A stretch of 64,000 nucleotides of DNA from positions 160,001 through 224,000 of the forward strand of contig JBBQFN010000004.1 of NCBI GenBank assembly GCA_038321985.1, read 5' to 3'. The notes under the pieces are model-generated. The model did not search any database. It was not told the origin of the DNA and saw only the letters and a program-made list of their open reading frames with translations. Both the position numbers and the translations under genes were made by a program. Position 1 is the stretch's first letter, and each line of letters begins with the position of its first letter. Source of the DNA: Cyanophyceae cyanobacterium. GTDB lineage: Bacteria; Cyanobacteriota; Cyanobacteriia; Cyanobacteriales; Laspinemataceae. Positions 22,120 through 33,044 of the stretch are shown here, one piece after another.

Positions 22120-22908
22120 ATGCAACGTTTTTTAAGAATTGCTCCCACTCTCATTTCAGTTTACTATGCTTATATGTTGGAATACCGGGCGGAATTAGTG
22201 TTATGGGCGCTGTCCGGTTCTCTGCCTTTTATTTTAATGGGATTATGGCTAGAAGCGTCTCAAACTGGGGAGTTTGCCTTAGGGCCTGTAGAGTTTGCCC
22301 GTTATTTTTTAGCGGCGTTTATTGTCCGACAATTAAATGTAGTATGGGTGGTTTGGGAGTTTGAAAAAGAAGTGGTAGAAGGAAAACTTTCCATGCGGTT
22401 ATTACAACCGTTGGACCCGGGGTGGCATCACGTTGCTTCACATTTGGCTGAACGCGCGGCTCGTTTTCCCTTTATTATAGGCTTAGTTTTAGTATTTTTT
22501 GCCTTATACCCCGAGGCGTTTTGGATTCCTTCTTTGGGCCAAGTTTTGCTGTGGGTATTGGTGGTGACGATCGCCTTTTTCCTGAGATTTTTGATTCAAT
22601 ATACCTTTGCCCTTCTCTGCTTTTGGATCGAACGGGCAAATGCAATCGAGCAATTTTGGTTTTTATTCTATCTCTTTTTCTCGGGCATGATAGCCCCTTT
22701 AGAAGTGTTTCCAGACTCCGTGCGGCAAGTCGTTTTATGGACCCCTTTTCCCTACTTAATACACTTTCCAGCGGCGCTATTAGTGGGATTGCCGGTAGAT
22801 GTTATCCCTAGTCTCGCCATCATGTTAGGTTGGGTGGCCCTCTTTTGGATTGTAAATCGCTGGTTGTGGCGTCGTGGGTTGCGCCAATATTCCGGGATGG
22901 GTGCTTAA
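22120..22908 (+). CDS. ABC-2 type permease (DUF990-like)
   Basis: Multi-TM protein, EYRAE and G.LS..LLQP motifs, follows the ATPase gene. Confidence 0.88.
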   Translation: MQRFLRIAPTLISVYYAYMLEYRAELVLWALSGSLPFILMGLWLEASQTGEFALGPVEFARYFLAAFIVRQLNVVWVVWEFEKEVVEGKLSMRLLQPLDPGWHHVASHLAERAARFPFIIGLVLVFFALYPEAFWIPSLGQVLLWVLVVTIAFFLRFLIQYTFALLCFWIERANAIEQFWFLFYLFFSGMIAPLEVFPDSVRQVVLWTPFPYLIHFPAALLVGLPVDVIPSLAIMLGWVALFWIVNRWLWRRGLRQYSGMGA

Positions 22909-23232
22909 TCGGGTAAACTGCTGAGGAAAGGGCGACTGCCAAATCAAGAATTTCCGATGAAAAGCCGTTTCATGGCGTATTTGAATAGCGGTTTGGAGGT
23001 GAATCATTTTCGTTAACATTTCTGGTGCTTCCTGAGATAGTTCCTCTCCATCATCGCCGGTTCAATTTCGAGGAATTATTCTCCTGTAGTTAAGGCAATT
23101 TCCTAAATATTTTTGACGAGTTGTTCTCTGTCCTTGAACCTATCACTCAAACCAAATTCCCCTGATTTAAATGAGGGGAAGCTGTCAAACCTTCCCTCTT
23201 CCTTCACCCCTAAAAAGAACCTGTCCAGTATC

Positions 23233-24429
23233 TTAGGACTGGATTTCACGAGGCAAAATTACGGTAAAGGTAGAACCCACATTCACTGCTGAAACCACCT
23301 CAATATTACCCTGCAATAATTTAACCAAACGAGAGACGATCGCCAGTCCCAATCCCGTACTATTGGGAAGAAACTTATTATCGCAACCCAGCACGCGGAA
23401 ATAAGGGTCGAAAATCTCCCCTTGGTCTTTTTCCTCAATCCCCACTCCTGTATCGCTAATGGCAATTTTCCACTCCTGTTCTGAGAGGATTTGACACTCA
23501 ATTCTCACCGTTCCTTCGTGGGTATAGCGCAGGGCATTACTCAGCAAATTAGTTAACACCTGCTGTAAACGTAACGGGTCCGTAATGATTTTTTCGGGAG
23601 CGTGCTCGCAATCTACCTCTAGCCTAATTTTTTTCTCTCTAGCGGTTGTCTCCACCATTTCTACGGTTTTATAAATCAAACTTTTAACCGGAGTTTCAAT
23701 CAGATGTAACGGCATTTTCCCCGCTTCATAACGGGAAATTTCTAAGGCATCATTAATCAATTGGAGCAACAGTCGTCCGCTGCGAAGTACCCTTTCAATA
23801 TGCTCCACATTCGGTAATGACTCTTGCACTTCCGGAAAATGTTTTTTCTGCTGGCGTAAAAATAGATCAGAATAGCCAATAATCGAAGTGAGTGGGGTTT
23901 TCAATTCATGGGCGAGGTGGGCGAAATTATCTTTATTTGCCCGCACTAACCGCGTGAGTTCTTGATTGGTAAGATTGAGTTGAGTTTGCAAGTCCTCTAA
24001 CTCTCTCAATCGTTCTTCTGTATAACTGCCGAAACAGCGTCCGATGACTTGATCCATTGCCTGATTAATCAAGCGGATAGCCCGAATAATCTCCTTCGGT
24101 TTTTTCTGTTCAAGTTCCGCTTCAAGGGCCGAAATAATCGTCTCTCGGGCTAAACCATATTCTCGGGCAATTTCTTGAGGTTCATAGCCTTGTTGCGCTC
24201 TAATATAGCCATGCTCTAATGCCGATTCTAACATTTTCCCTTCTTGATTTTCCGCCTCGGGGTCAAGAAAAGAAGCGAGCGCCTCGATAATAAGGGGCAG
24301 GGTATCGCGGATTTCCGGGTAGGGTAGGTGGTTCGCTGTGGGGATTGTTTCATCAGTACAAACCGCTGCAACCCACTCTTTGACAATCGATTCTTTTTTC
24401 TCTAATAAAAGTTGGCTAAAGTCGTTCAT
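23233..24429 (-). CDS. Cytoplasmic histidine kinase with RsbRD_N-like N-terminal domain
   Basis: HG..RA.QGY...EIAREY N-terminal motif; AHELKTPL H-box; STGLGL. Confidence 0.88.
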   Translation of the reverse strand: MNDFSQLLLEKKESIVKEWVAAVCTDETIPTANHLPYPEIRDTLPLIIEALASFLDPEAENQEGKMLESALEHGYIRAQQGYEPQEIAREYGLARETIISALEAELEQKKPKEIIRAIRLINQAMDQVIGRCFGSYTEERLRELEDLQTQLNLTNQELTRLVRANKDNFAHLAHELKTPLTSIIGYSDLFLRQQKKHFPEVQESLPNVEHIERVLRSGRLLLQLINDALEISRYEAGKMPLHLIETPVKSLIYKTVEMVETTAREKKIRLEVDCEHAPEKIITDPLRLQQVLTNLLSNALRYTHEGTVRIECQILSEQEWKIAISDTGVGIEEKDQGEIFDPYFRVLGCDNKFLPNSTGLGLAIVSRLVKLLQGNIEVVSAVNVGSTFTVILPREIQS

Positions 24430-24624
24430 GGCTGGTTTGATACCCTTAATTTTTTGTAAATTATTCCCCTAGATTACCTTAACCCCACAAAGATTTGCCT
24501 GGGTCGCGAAGTTGGTGTCTTTCGATTCTTGATCATTTCCCCAATCGGCGATCGCCGCGCTACCCTAAAAACAAACCCATTTTTTATCGTGATTCCCCTC
24601 TATCCTCTACAATCTTCACTCGAA

Positions 24625-25407
24625 ATGAGACGTTATTTTTTGGCCCTAACGCTATTTTGGAATACCGCCATCGCCGCTGAACTCGAATATCGGGTCAACT
24701 TTGCGATCGCTGCCCTCAGCAGCCTCGGAAACCTAGCAGGTAGTTGGTTTGCTTTATCCTTATTTTACAGGCCCGACTACAATTTTGCGGGGTGGCGATG
24801 GGAAGAAGCCCTGATGGTTCTGGGAGTGTTTACCATACTCCAAGGCTTTTCTTCCACATTCCTTGCCCCTAACCTAAATACCATCGTCCGCCAAGTGCAG
24901 GAAGGGACCCTTGACTTTGTGCTGCTTAAACCGATCAGTTCTCAATTTTGGCTATCCGCGCGGACTGTTTCCCTTTGGGGGCTGCCTGATATTATCTTGG
25001 GTTTACTTCTGATTCTCTATTCAGGTATTCGCTTAAATTTAGCCCCAACTAACTACTTTGTGAGCTTAATTCCGTTGTTTTTTGGAGCAATCAGCCTCTA
25101 CAGCCTCTGGTTTATGTTAGGGGCGATGAGTATTTGGTTTGTTAAAATATACAATGTAACCCAAGTGTTGCGCGGATTACTCGAAGCCGGTCGATTTCCA
25201 ATGGTAGCCTATCCCACCGCCTATCGGTTTTTCTTCACCTTTATCGTACCCGTGGCGTTTCTAACCACCGTACCTGCGGAGGCCGTTTTAGGGCGTGTTG
25301 AGTCCAGTTGGATTGCCGGGGCCGGATTCTTGGCGATCGCCCTCTTCTTCGCTTCAATGGCCTTCTGGCGCTTTGCCTTACGCTTTTATACCAGTGCCTC
25401 AAGCTAG
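24625..25407 (+). CDS. Second ABC-2 type permease (DUF990-like)
   Basis: ELEYRVNF, GTLDFVLLKP, multi-TM; ends YTSASS. Confidence 0.88.
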   Translation: MRRYFLALTLFWNTAIAAELEYRVNFAIAALSSLGNLAGSWFALSLFYRPDYNFAGWRWEEALMVLGVFTILQGFSSTFLAPNLNTIVRQVQEGTLDFVLLKPISSQFWLSARTVSLWGLPDIILGLLLILYSGIRLNLAPTNYFVSLIPLFFGAISLYSLWFMLGAMSIWFVKIYNVTQVLRGLLEAGRFPMVAYPTAYRFFFTFIVPVAFLTTVPAEAVLGRVESSWIAGAGFLAIALFFASMAFWRFALRFYTSASS

Positions 25408-25418
25408 AGGCTGAATCG

Positions 25419-25448
25419 GGTAGAGACGAGGGATTCACCGTCTCTACC
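25419..25448. repeat. GTAG-type REP-like palindrome / bidirectional terminator
   Basis: GGTAGAGACG-10nt-CGTCTCTACC between convergent genes. Confidence 0.6.
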
Positions 25449-25480
25449 GTTGTCACTCCTGCTCATTTAAGATTTACTTC

Positions 25481-25774
25481 TCACAGGGGGAGACAGCAGG
25501 GCAGAACCACACAGCCTAATCCAGCATTTGACGTTCCTTTTAAGGCTTGATGGGCATTCGCACAAGCGCGGAAACGTTCCCGAGAAAGGGCGATGGCAGA
25601 TGTGAAATTTTCATGACTAAACGTCCGATAGATAAAATCGGAACAGGACTCGTCTTGATGTAAGGTTCGATGAGCGCAGGCAAAGCCTTTCCGGGGGGAA
25701 AGATGGATTTTATAGGCGGCGATCGCCTCTAGGGTCAGCCCTCGGGCGATCGCGTCAACGTTGGTGATTTGCAT
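25481..25774 (-). CDS. YidD-like (membrane protein insertion efficiency factor family) protein
   Basis: IAAYKIHLSPRKGFACAHR..H..SCS motif. Confidence 0.75.
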   Translation of the reverse strand: MQITNVDAIARGLTLEAIAAYKIHLSPRKGFACAHRTLHQDESCSDFIYRTFSHENFTSAIALSRERFRACANAHQALKGTSNAGLGCVVLPCCLPL

Positions 25775-25942
25775 TGCTGATTTTTGGCGTAAATTCTAGC
25801 TACTTTCTACTACATCTCCTCTTTTCTTTTCTCTATCAAAAGGAAGAAATACTCTAACAAGAGTCTCTTCCTCAAAGATTGGGTAGACCAAAATTCTTTA
25901 TCTACAATTAATCAGAGTTACTATACAATTCCTCAAAAATGA

Positions 25943-26071
25943 TATAGCGACCCTAAATAAAATTAACAAGTTTTTAATGGAGTGGGAGCATCTTACTCCC
26001 TTACTACTTTAAAAAGCAAGATGCTCCAGGGGAGGAATTTGAGGGGTAGAATAATTTAGCGGCGCTCTATA
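25943..26071. repeat. Degenerate MITE-like element with an internal REP-like inverted pair
   Basis: Imperfect terminal inverted repeats TATAGCGACCCTAAAT / ATTTAGCGGCGCTCTATA; internal GGAGCATCTT...AAGATGCTCC. Confidence 0.4.
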
Positions 26072-26184
26072 AGAGGCTGATTTTAGAGCGACTTAACGAC
26101 CCATTTACCGGATTTTTAGAAGAGAACTTATTAACTTTTATAAAAGGCACTTTGTGGATACGTTCATGTTCCCTAAACCCTGAA

Positions 26185-26208
26185 AGAGACGCGAAATTTC
26201 GCGTCTCT
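26185..26208. terminator. Perfect 24-bp palindrome downstream of purF (REP/terminator)
   Basis: AGAGACGCGAAATTTCGCGTCTCT. Confidence 0.6.
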
Positions 26209-26253
26209 AAATCTTGTTTTAATTCAGGGTTGCTGTAACCAGAGGATTGAGTA

Positions 26254-27780
26254 TTACACCTGTACCGCTTTCTCCAGAATCAGCTTAGAACGTTTCACAG
26301 GGTCAGGGATTTGAATCGGATAATCTCCAGTGAAACAGGCTGAACAGAAGCGGTTGGGGTCTTCTCCCGTTGCGACAAGCATTCCCTCCCAACTTAAATA
26401 AGCCAGAGAGTCTACTTCGATTTGTGCTTCTATCTCGGCTACGGTTTTAGTTGCGGCAATCAGTTGATCCTGACTGTCGGTATCGATGCCGTAGAAGCAG
26501 GGATGAGTCACAGGGGGGGATGAAATTCTCATGTGCACTTCCGTTGCCCCCGCATCCCGCAGGGCTTTAACGATTTTGCGACTGGTGGTACCGCGCACGA
26601 TGGAATCATCCACCATCAAGACTCGCTTGCCGACGAGGACATCTTTAAGGGGATTGAGCTTCATCTTAATCCCAGACTCCCTCATGTGCTGAGTGGGTTG
26701 GATGAAGGTACGCCCAACATAACGGTTTTTAATCAGTCCTTCAGCGTAGGGAATCCCCGATGACTGGGAATAGCCGATCGCCGCTGGAATGCCGGAGTCG
26801 GGAACGCCAATGACGATATCCACATCAGCCGGAGATTCTTGTGCCAGTTGTCGTCCCAGTTGCAGGCGATAGCTATACAATGACTCATTGCACATGATGC
26901 TATCGGGTCGCGCAAAGTATATCATTTCAAAGATACAAAGTTTGCGCTGGGATTCTTGACTCCAATGGAAAGAGGCTAATCCTTCTTCCCCAATCCAGAC
27001 TAATTCTCCCGGTTCCACATCGCGCAGGTATTCTGCACCAATGATGTCTAACCCACAGGTTTCGGACGCCAGAACATAGCGGCTGGGATTGCCCTCTAAG
27101 ATGCCAATCACCAAGGGACGAATGCCGTTAGGGTCCCTGGCTCCCATGATGCCTTTCGGGGTAGCGATCGCCAAGCTATAGGCTCCCTTACAGCGATGAA
27201 AGGCGCTGATAGTGGCATCTAACCAGTCTTTGCCCTTGTCTACTTCCAACCCGATCGCCAGGGCAATCATTTCTGAATCCGTTGTCGTGACGAGGTTGCA
27301 CTTTTGTTCGATCAACTCTTGACCCAGCACTGCCGTATTGACAAGATTGCCATTATGTGCTAAGGCTAAGGGACCTAACCGCGTTTGCACGATCGCCGGT
27401 TGAGCATTCACCACCCGACTCGTTCCCGTCGTCGAATACCGGGTATGTCCCACCGCCAAATGTCCCGGTAATTCCTCTAGAATCGTCTCATTAAAGACTT
27501 GGGACACTAGCCCCATCCCTTTATGGAGATGCACCTCGCCATTGCTATCAAAAGTGGCAATTCCTGCGGATTCTTGGCCCCGATGCTGAAGGGCATAGAG
27601 ACCAAAATAGGTCATTTTCGCCACATCTTCACCGGGGGCATAAACTCCAAACACGCCACAGGCTTCTTCGGGTTTATCCGGGCGGTTGGACATAGCCGGG
27701 TTAACCTCAGTGGGTTCACTCAAAGACCCTGCGGATGCAGGATAATGCTCGTCAGAGGACAAGGGACGATTGGGGATCAT
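26254..27780 (-). CDS. purF: Amidophosphoribosyltransferase
   Basis: EEACGVFG propeptide cleavage/Ntn Cys, LQHRGQESAG, VDDSIVRGTT. Confidence 0.97.
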   Translation of the reverse strand: MIPNRPLSSDEHYPASAGSLSEPTEVNPAMSNRPDKPEEACGVFGVYAPGEDVAKMTYFGLYALQHRGQESAGIATFDSNGEVHLHKGMGLVSQVFNETILEELPGHLAVGHTRYSTTGTSRVVNAQPAIVQTRLGPLALAHNGNLVNTAVLGQELIEQKCNLVTTTDSEMIALAIGLEVDKGKDWLDATISAFHRCKGAYSLAIATPKGIMGARDPNGIRPLVIGILEGNPSRYVLASETCGLDIIGAEYLRDVEPGELVWIGEEGLASFHWSQESQRKLCIFEMIYFARPDSIMCNESLYSYRLQLGRQLAQESPADVDIVIGVPDSGIPAAIGYSQSSGIPYAEGLIKNRYVGRTFIQPTQHMRESGIKMKLNPLKDVLVGKRVLMVDDSIVRGTTSRKIVKALRDAGATEVHMRISSPPVTHPCFYGIDTDSQDQLIAATKTVAEIEAQIEVDSLAYLSWEGMLVATGEDPNRFCSACFTGDYPIQIPDPVKRSKLILEKAVQV

Positions 27781-27813
27781 GCTTACGGCTTCGCTCCTGT
27801 TTGGGGTAGTAGA

Positions 27814-30800
27814 TCAACCGGGAAGGTTTGGGGATGCAGATAGGCGACGTTCGATGGCATTCGACCAGCGATCGCGCATATCTGCCATACTAACGTCAAT
27901 TAAGGGAAGGTTAACATCGGAATTAACGATTAAAGCTGTCTGGATATCCGATACTTCCCCAATTTTTTGCCAACTTCCTGCCAAGTGCTCTTGTAAATAA
28001 GATTCCCAGTTTTCCACCTGTTCTGGCGAAACCGAGACTACAATTCGAGCACCGCCTTCGGCAAATAAAATTTCATCCCAGCGTGAGAGGCTTGATACAT
28101 CGGTATTTAAGGTAATTTTCGCCCCTAAATTCCCGCTAATACAGGATTCAGCCAACGCCACCAGTAAGCCGCCCTCTGCCGAATCGTGGGCTGATTGTAT
28201 CCACCCTTGGCGAATCCCTTCCCGACAGGTAGCTTGGACTTGTCGTTCCAACTGATAATCCACCACAGGCGGTTTCCCGGCAACAGTTCCATGAATGGCG
28301 GCTAAATATTCCGAACCGCCTAAAGAAACAGTTTTGGTAATAGCAGCGATCGGTAATCCTAATAGATAAATCCCATCCCCGGGATTGCGCCACCCTTGTC
28401 CACAAACTTGGCTAATATCTGGAATCAACCCCACCATGCCAATCACCGGGGTGGGATAAATCGGGGTGGGTTTCCCATTGGCATCGAGGGTTTCATTGTA
28501 CAGAGAGACATTCCCTCCAGTCACCGGAGTAGAAAACTCGCTACAAGCCTCAGAAATGCCTTTGCAAGCCGATGCTAACTGCCAATAGCCAATGGGTTTT
28601 TCGGGACTACCGAAATTGAGATTATCCGTCACGGCAATCGGTTCGGCACCAACACAGCTTAAATTGCGGGCAGCTTCTGCCACCACTGCCTTTGCCCCTT
28701 CGTAGGGGTCCAGATACACATATCGGGAATTGCAATCTACCGTAGCGGCAACCCCGCGATGAGTGGCTGGAGTGGAGGAGAGGGGTTCTTGAGGGCGTAA
28801 CCGAACCACTGCCGCATCTCCTCCTCCAGGCAACAAGACGGTATTATTCTGCACCTGATGATCATATTGCCGATATACCCACCGCTTCGAGGCGATCGTG
28901 GGGGTATCTAACAATTGCAGTAAAATCTCAGTCCAACTCTGGGATTTGCCTTGAATCTCGATGCCTTCAGCAGTGCAAGGGGGAAGAGTAGCGGGAGTCC
29001 ACTGCCATGCTTTTTGGGCGTATTCTGGAGGTTCTGCCATTAACTGGCGATCGTAAATTGGCGTATCTTCGGCTAAAGCGCGACAGGGGATTTCAGCAGC
29101 AACTCCCCCTTGATGGAGAATCCGCACAATGGGTTCAGCAATCACCGTCCCTGCCACTACCGCCTGAAGTCCCCAACGATGGAAAATATCAATCAGTTCT
29201 TGTTCCCGTCCCTTGTGTGCCACAAACAGCATCCGTTCCTGGGATTCCGAGAGGAGGAATTCGTAAGGAACCATGCCAGTTTCGCGGACTGGAATTAAGT
29301 CTAAATCCAATTCAATACCGAGATTACCTTTCGCTGCCATTTCTGAGGTGGAACAGGTAATTCCCGCAGCCCCCATATCCTGCGCGGCAACCACTGCGCC
29401 GGTGTTGAAGGCTTCTAAACAGGCTTCAATCAGGGATTTTTCGAGGAAGGGGTCGCCAACTTGTACCGCAGGGCGATCGTCTGCGGATTTATCGGTGAGC
29501 TCTGCACTAGCAAAACTTGCCCCTCCCATACCATCTCTGCCGGTGGTAGAACCGACATAGAGGACGGGGTTACCAACACCGGAAGCACCGGATTTGACAA
29601 TTTCGGGAGTTTCCATAATCCCTAATGCCATGACATTGACGAGGGGATTGCCGGTATAGGCGCGATCGAAGTAAACCTCACCGCCTACGGTGGGGACTCC
29701 AACACAGTTATGGGTGACAATGCCGGAGGTGGTGACAAACAGATGAGTATTGTCCACTTCAATATCGTAGACATCGCATTCCTCAACGGCATTCGTTTCG
29801 ATGTTCTTAATTTTGACAAATGCCAGTTCATTGGAGATGGAATAACGGGGGAATGAATATTTTGTCCCGTTATAACGTTCCAACGCGGTTGCTAATTCGG
29901 CGTTGCGTTCTTCTCCAAAAACATCAGCTAATGCGGTGAGCCCGTAGACATTGCTAACGTCCATTTGCCACAAGGCCTTCCGCTGACAGATGCGGCCTTG
30001 GATATTGGTTTCTTTGGCGGGTTGTTGATAGATTAGCGGAATAGCTCCGAAGCTCTGCATGAGCAAAGTCACTTGCTCAAACAGTTTATGGCTGGTCGTG
30101 GCAAAGCTAATTTTGGCATGATTGCCATGAGTTTTGGTGGTTAGAGAACCATCGCCGCGTAACAAGCCTTTGAGTGCCTCACGCTGTAAACAACGAGGCC
30201 ATTGGAAGATAAAATCGGGTAAGGCTTTATGACTAGCGTCACTGCCACATTGCCACACTTCTTTTAAGAGATAACCCAACAGCCAGGATGTGGCATAAAC
30301 GGCGATCGTAGACTCGCGGTTTTCCACGCATGGGCGTAGTCCGAGGGTTTTGAGTCCATCCATGACGTCATGAACGTATTCGTTTTCATGGAGACCAAAG
30401 GTGAAAATTATTTTATAGGTATTGCCATTTTCAGAAACGCAGCCTTCCGAGAGGTAGTAGCCGAGTAAACGTGCGAATGTTTCATCCGGCTGAATGATGG
30501 CATTCATGTAGTTAGCTTTGCCGCTGCGCCGATAGAGGCGGATGCTACTGCGCGATACGTCGAGGAGAGGTTCTAATTTGAGAAAATAGGGCAGGGGTAA
30601 TATGCCTTTGCTGAGATATCGATGCCGATTAACGGGGGAAGGTTCGATGGAACGCAAGGCATCACGGATTTCGGTTGAAATCTGCCACTCTGGAGGGAGA
30701 TCAACGTAAACGTCTTGATTTCCGAGATAGCGATCGTCTAAGGCATCCAGCAGATCCAATGCGGGAACTTCCCCAGTGGATTCTGTCTGTGGGGAGGGCA

Positions 30801-31632
30801 TATTAATCAGGATAGGAAGAAGATCCCCCTGCTTTAGTCTGTCGGCATTGCGAGTCTGCCACACTCCTTCTTCTAAAATGCACATCGGATGATCCGTGGT
30901 CATCGTCAGGGTCCGACCCAATGCTGTGCGGATGGTAATTAAGTTGGTGGTGCGTCGTTTGAAGACGTGGCGAACGGGTTGCCAGCAACTCTGCTGGGTA
31001 TTAGGTTCCAGAGAGAGGGTTTCAATGCCAGCAGTTGGATCGAGTTCTGCGGTGGTTTGATTTTGGGGTAAATGGGATTCGACAAAGTTGCCGATGGTAT
31101 CGAAATGAACGCCATTTTTATCCCGCCAGATTAGGGTTTCGGTGGGAATCAAGCAATTACCGTAATGTGAAATCCCTTCTACAACGCCGGTGAAGATGCG
31201 GCGAGTGCGGGGGTCTTCGATATTTCCGAAGCGGAGGGAGTTGAGAAGGGCGATCGGGCGTGCACCCATTGTAAAGATATCTCGGAGGATACCGCCAACC
31301 CCGGTGGCTGCACCTTGGAAGGGTTCGATCGCCGAGGGGTGGTTGTGGGATTCGATTTTGAAGGCAAGGCGCAAACCGTCTCCACAGTCTATCACCCCGG
31401 CATTTTCTCCAGGACCGACTAGGATGCGATCGCCGGTGGTGGGAAACTGTTTCAGCAGGGGACGGGAGTTCTTATAACAACAGTGTTCGGACCACATCAC
31501 GCCAAACATTCCCAATTCTGCTTTATTGGGATGACGTCCTAGGCGTTTGACGATTTCTTCATATTCTGCCGGTTTCAGACTTTCGGCAGCGATTTCTTCG
31601 GGAGAAAAGGGGGCGTTTGAGATTGCAGACAT
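27814..31632 (-). CDS. purL: Phosphoribosylformylglycinamidine synthase subunit PurL, intein-containing (789 aa after splicing)
   Basis: [44 protein letters not shown]. Confidence 0.96.
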   Translation of the reverse strand: MSAISNAPFSPEEIAAESLKPAEYEEIVKRLGRHPNKAELGMFGVMWSEHCCYKNSRPLLKQFPTTGDRILVGPGENAGVIDCGDGLRLAFKIESHNHPSAIEPFQGAATGVGGILRDIFTMGARPIALLNSLRFGNIEDPRTRRIFTGVVEGISHYGNCLIPTETLIWRDKNGVHFDTIGNFVESHLPQNQTTAELDPTAGIETLSLEPNTQQSCWQPVRHVFKRRTTNLITIRTALGRTLTMTTDHPMCILEEGVWQTRNADRLKQGDLLPILINMPSPQTESTGEVPALDLLDALDDRYLGNQDVYVDLPPEWQISTEIRDALRSIEPSPVNRHRYLSKGILPLPYFLKLEPLLDVSRSSIRLYRRSGKANYMNAIIQPDETFARLLGYYLSEGCVSENGNTYKIIFTFGLHENEYVHDVMDGLKTLGLRPCVENRESTIAVYATSWLLGYLLKEVWQCGSDASHKALPDFIFQWPRCLQREALKGLLRGDGSLTTKTHGNHAKISFATTSHKLFEQVTLLMQSFGAIPLIYQQPAKETNIQGRICQRKALWQMDVSNVYGLTALADVFGEERNAELATALERYNGTKYSFPRYSISNELAFVKIKNIETNAVEECDVYDIEVDNTHLFVTTSGIVTHNCVGVPTVGGEVYFDRAYTGNPLVNVMALGIMETPEIVKSGASGVGNPVLYVGSTTGRDGMGGASFASAELTDKSADDRPAVQVGDPFLEKSLIEACLEAFNTGAVVAAQDMGAAGITCSTSEMAAKGNLGIELDLDLIPVRETGMVPYEFLLSESQERMLFVAHKGREQELIDIFHRWGLQAVVAGTVIAEPIVRILHQGGVAAEIPCRALAEDTPIYDRQLMAEPPEYAQKAWQWTPATLPPCTAEGIEIQGKSQSWTEILLQLLDTPTIASKRWVYRQYDHQVQNNTVLLPGGGDAAVVRLRPQEPLSSTPATHRGVAATVDCNSRYVYLDPYEGAKAVVAEAARNLSCVGAEPIAVTDNLNFGSPEKPIGYWQLASACKGISEACSEFSTPVTGGNVSLYNETLDANGKPTPIYPTPVIGMVGLIPDISQVCGQGWRNPGDGIYLLGLPIAAITKTVSLGGSEYLAAIHGTVAGKPPVVDYQLERQVQATCREGIRQGWIQSAHDSAEGGLLVALAESCISGNLGAKITLNTDVSSLSRWDEILFAEGGARIVVSVSPEQVENWESYLQEHLAGSWQKIGEVSDIQTALIVNSDVNLPLIDVSMADMRDRWSNAIERRLSASPNLPG
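29707..31155 (-). mobile_element. Intein (483 aa) with LAGLIDADG homing endonuclease
   Basis: Splice junctions [10 protein letters not shown]...[23 protein letters not shown]; block [15 protein letters not shown] and [10 protein letters not shown] endonuclease motifs. Confidence 0.95.
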
Positions 31633-31731
31633 GGATTAGGGCGTTGCACCAGAGTACAGTAACCCTATTTTATCTGGACTTGGGCCATTCCTACCCATTG
31701 ATATGTTTATCCTAACAATTCCCCTAATGCT
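31571..31731. repeat. 161-bp direct repeat, copy 1 (purL 5' end and upstream region, plus degenerate doc 3' end)
   Basis: Near-identical to 33636-33796. Confidence 0.95.
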
Positions 31732-31771
31732 GAGTGGATCTAGCTACAGCCTCAGCTATGGCATAATGGGG

Positions 31772-31935
31772 ACGGTTTGCTGTCAATCGAAAACTGCTCA
31801 AAGATGAGCCAACTTTGGAGGGTGTGACCCCAGGACATCCGTTAGATGAAGTTGACGACCTGTTGGAGGGTAAAGTAGAACAGTGGAGCGATCGCGCACG
31901 ATACTCTAAATGGGACCAGCAAATCATATCGTAAT
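31772..31935 (+). pseudogene. Possible fragment of an SNF2-type helicase gene
   Basis: Translates RFAVNRKLLKDEPTLEGVTPGHPLDEV..., resembling the LEWVTPGHPLFE motif recalled from such helicases; no start codon, in-frame stop upstream. Confidence 0.35.
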
Positions 31936-32058
31936 GTCTCGGAACGAACCGCACAATAGATTATGGTCGTCGAGACTCTATAACCCGATGGCACCCATCG
32001 AATAACTCTCTTCTCTCCTCTTTGTCAAATGCCTCGATAATGGAGACAAATATCGAAA

Positions 32059-32400
32059 ATGGCTTCCCCTAAGCACTTCGAGTTTCCCATTGCTAAAGCA
32101 CAATATCTCTTCAACCGCGCCACTGAACTAGGACAAGGAGGAGATAAGCGGAAATTCTGGCGGGATGTGATGGGGTTTGAGTCATCAGAAGCAATTCGAG
32201 AGGCAATCTTAACTGAGGTATCTTTGGATATACTGCAACCTCAGAGTCAAAACGAACACGGGGAACTCTATCGTGCCTATATAGAAGTTACAGGGGTTTC
32301 TGGGATCTCTCGACGGATTAAAACGGTTTGGATTGTGCTATTTGATGAAGATGTTGCTAGGTTTGTAACAGCACTACCGGATAGATTAGGAGGGTTGTAA
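32059..32400 (+). CDS. DUF6883-like putative toxin/nuclease
   Basis: AKAQYL....G.DK..F...GF, HG.LY...I.VTG..G....IKTVWI......ARFVTA pattern. Confidence 0.65.
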   Translation: MASPKHFEFPIAKAQYLFNRATELGQGGDKRKFWRDVMGFESSEAIREAILTEVSLDILQPQSQNEHGELYRAYIEVTGVSGISRRIKTVWIVLFDEDVARFVTALPDRLGGL

Positions 32401-32780
32401 TGGCTCGATTTCAGCTATTTGATGGGGTTAAACTCACTGAAGCAATTCCCTTAACCGATGGGGGAGTGGCGCAGGTGGATACCGTGGGTACAATTGTGGA
32501 AGTTCTGGGAGAGGGAAAGGCTTATCTTGTCGAATTGTTTGGGGGTTGGGTTAAGTACGATGAAAAGGGTAATTTTGTGTCAGCGGTTCAGGATGAAGCT
32601 GATTCGTTTATGGAGACAATCGGGGTGGAAACCGTTTATCCTCATCAATTCGTTTTAACAATTTCTGCTCGTCAAACGATGGGAGTTCGAGAACATTTAA
32701 CAGCAGTTTTAGAGGATTTATCCGATGATTTAGTTGCTGAAGTTCGCGATTTTGCCGAATTTTTACAGCAGAAACAGTAA
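32400..32780 (+). CDS. DUF4926-like protein with C-terminal DUF2281-like helix (putative antitoxin)
   Basis: FQLFD.VKL...GTIVEVL..GKAYLVELF; EVRDFAEFLQQK tail; TAATG translational coupling to the upstream gene. Confidence 0.65.
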   Translation: MARFQLFDGVKLTEAIPLTDGGVAQVDTVGTIVEVLGEGKAYLVELFGGWVKYDEKGNFVSAVQDEADSFMETIGVETVYPHQFVLTISARQTMGVREHLTAVLEDLSDDLVAEVRDFAEFLQQKQ

Positions 32781-32802
32781 CAAAAGCAAGTCAGTTCATA
32801 AA

Positions 32803-33044
32803 ATGCTAACCGATCCAGAATTAAAATCGAAAGTTGATACAATTTGGGATAGATTAGGGTCCTCGGGACTGTCTAATCCGATGGATCCGAGCGAACAATT
32901 CTCTTCTCTTTTTCAAGTGCCTGGATAATGCAGAGAACAAGCGGGAGAAACAAGCAAAGCTGCGTAAAAAAGAATTTACCCCGCAAATTAAACCAGAATG
33001 GAGATGGAAGTACGGGAGTTGATGAGTTTTATAGATGAAAAATG
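32803..33044 (+). pseudogene. hsdM: Type I R-M methyltransferase (HsdM) remnant: frameshifted N-terminus fused to a C-terminal-like tail
   Basis: MLTDPELKSKVDTIWDRL.SSGLSNPMD..EQFS, then in another frame AENKREKQAKLRKKEFTPQIKPEWRWKY, then EVRELMSFIDEK*. Confidence 0.6.
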
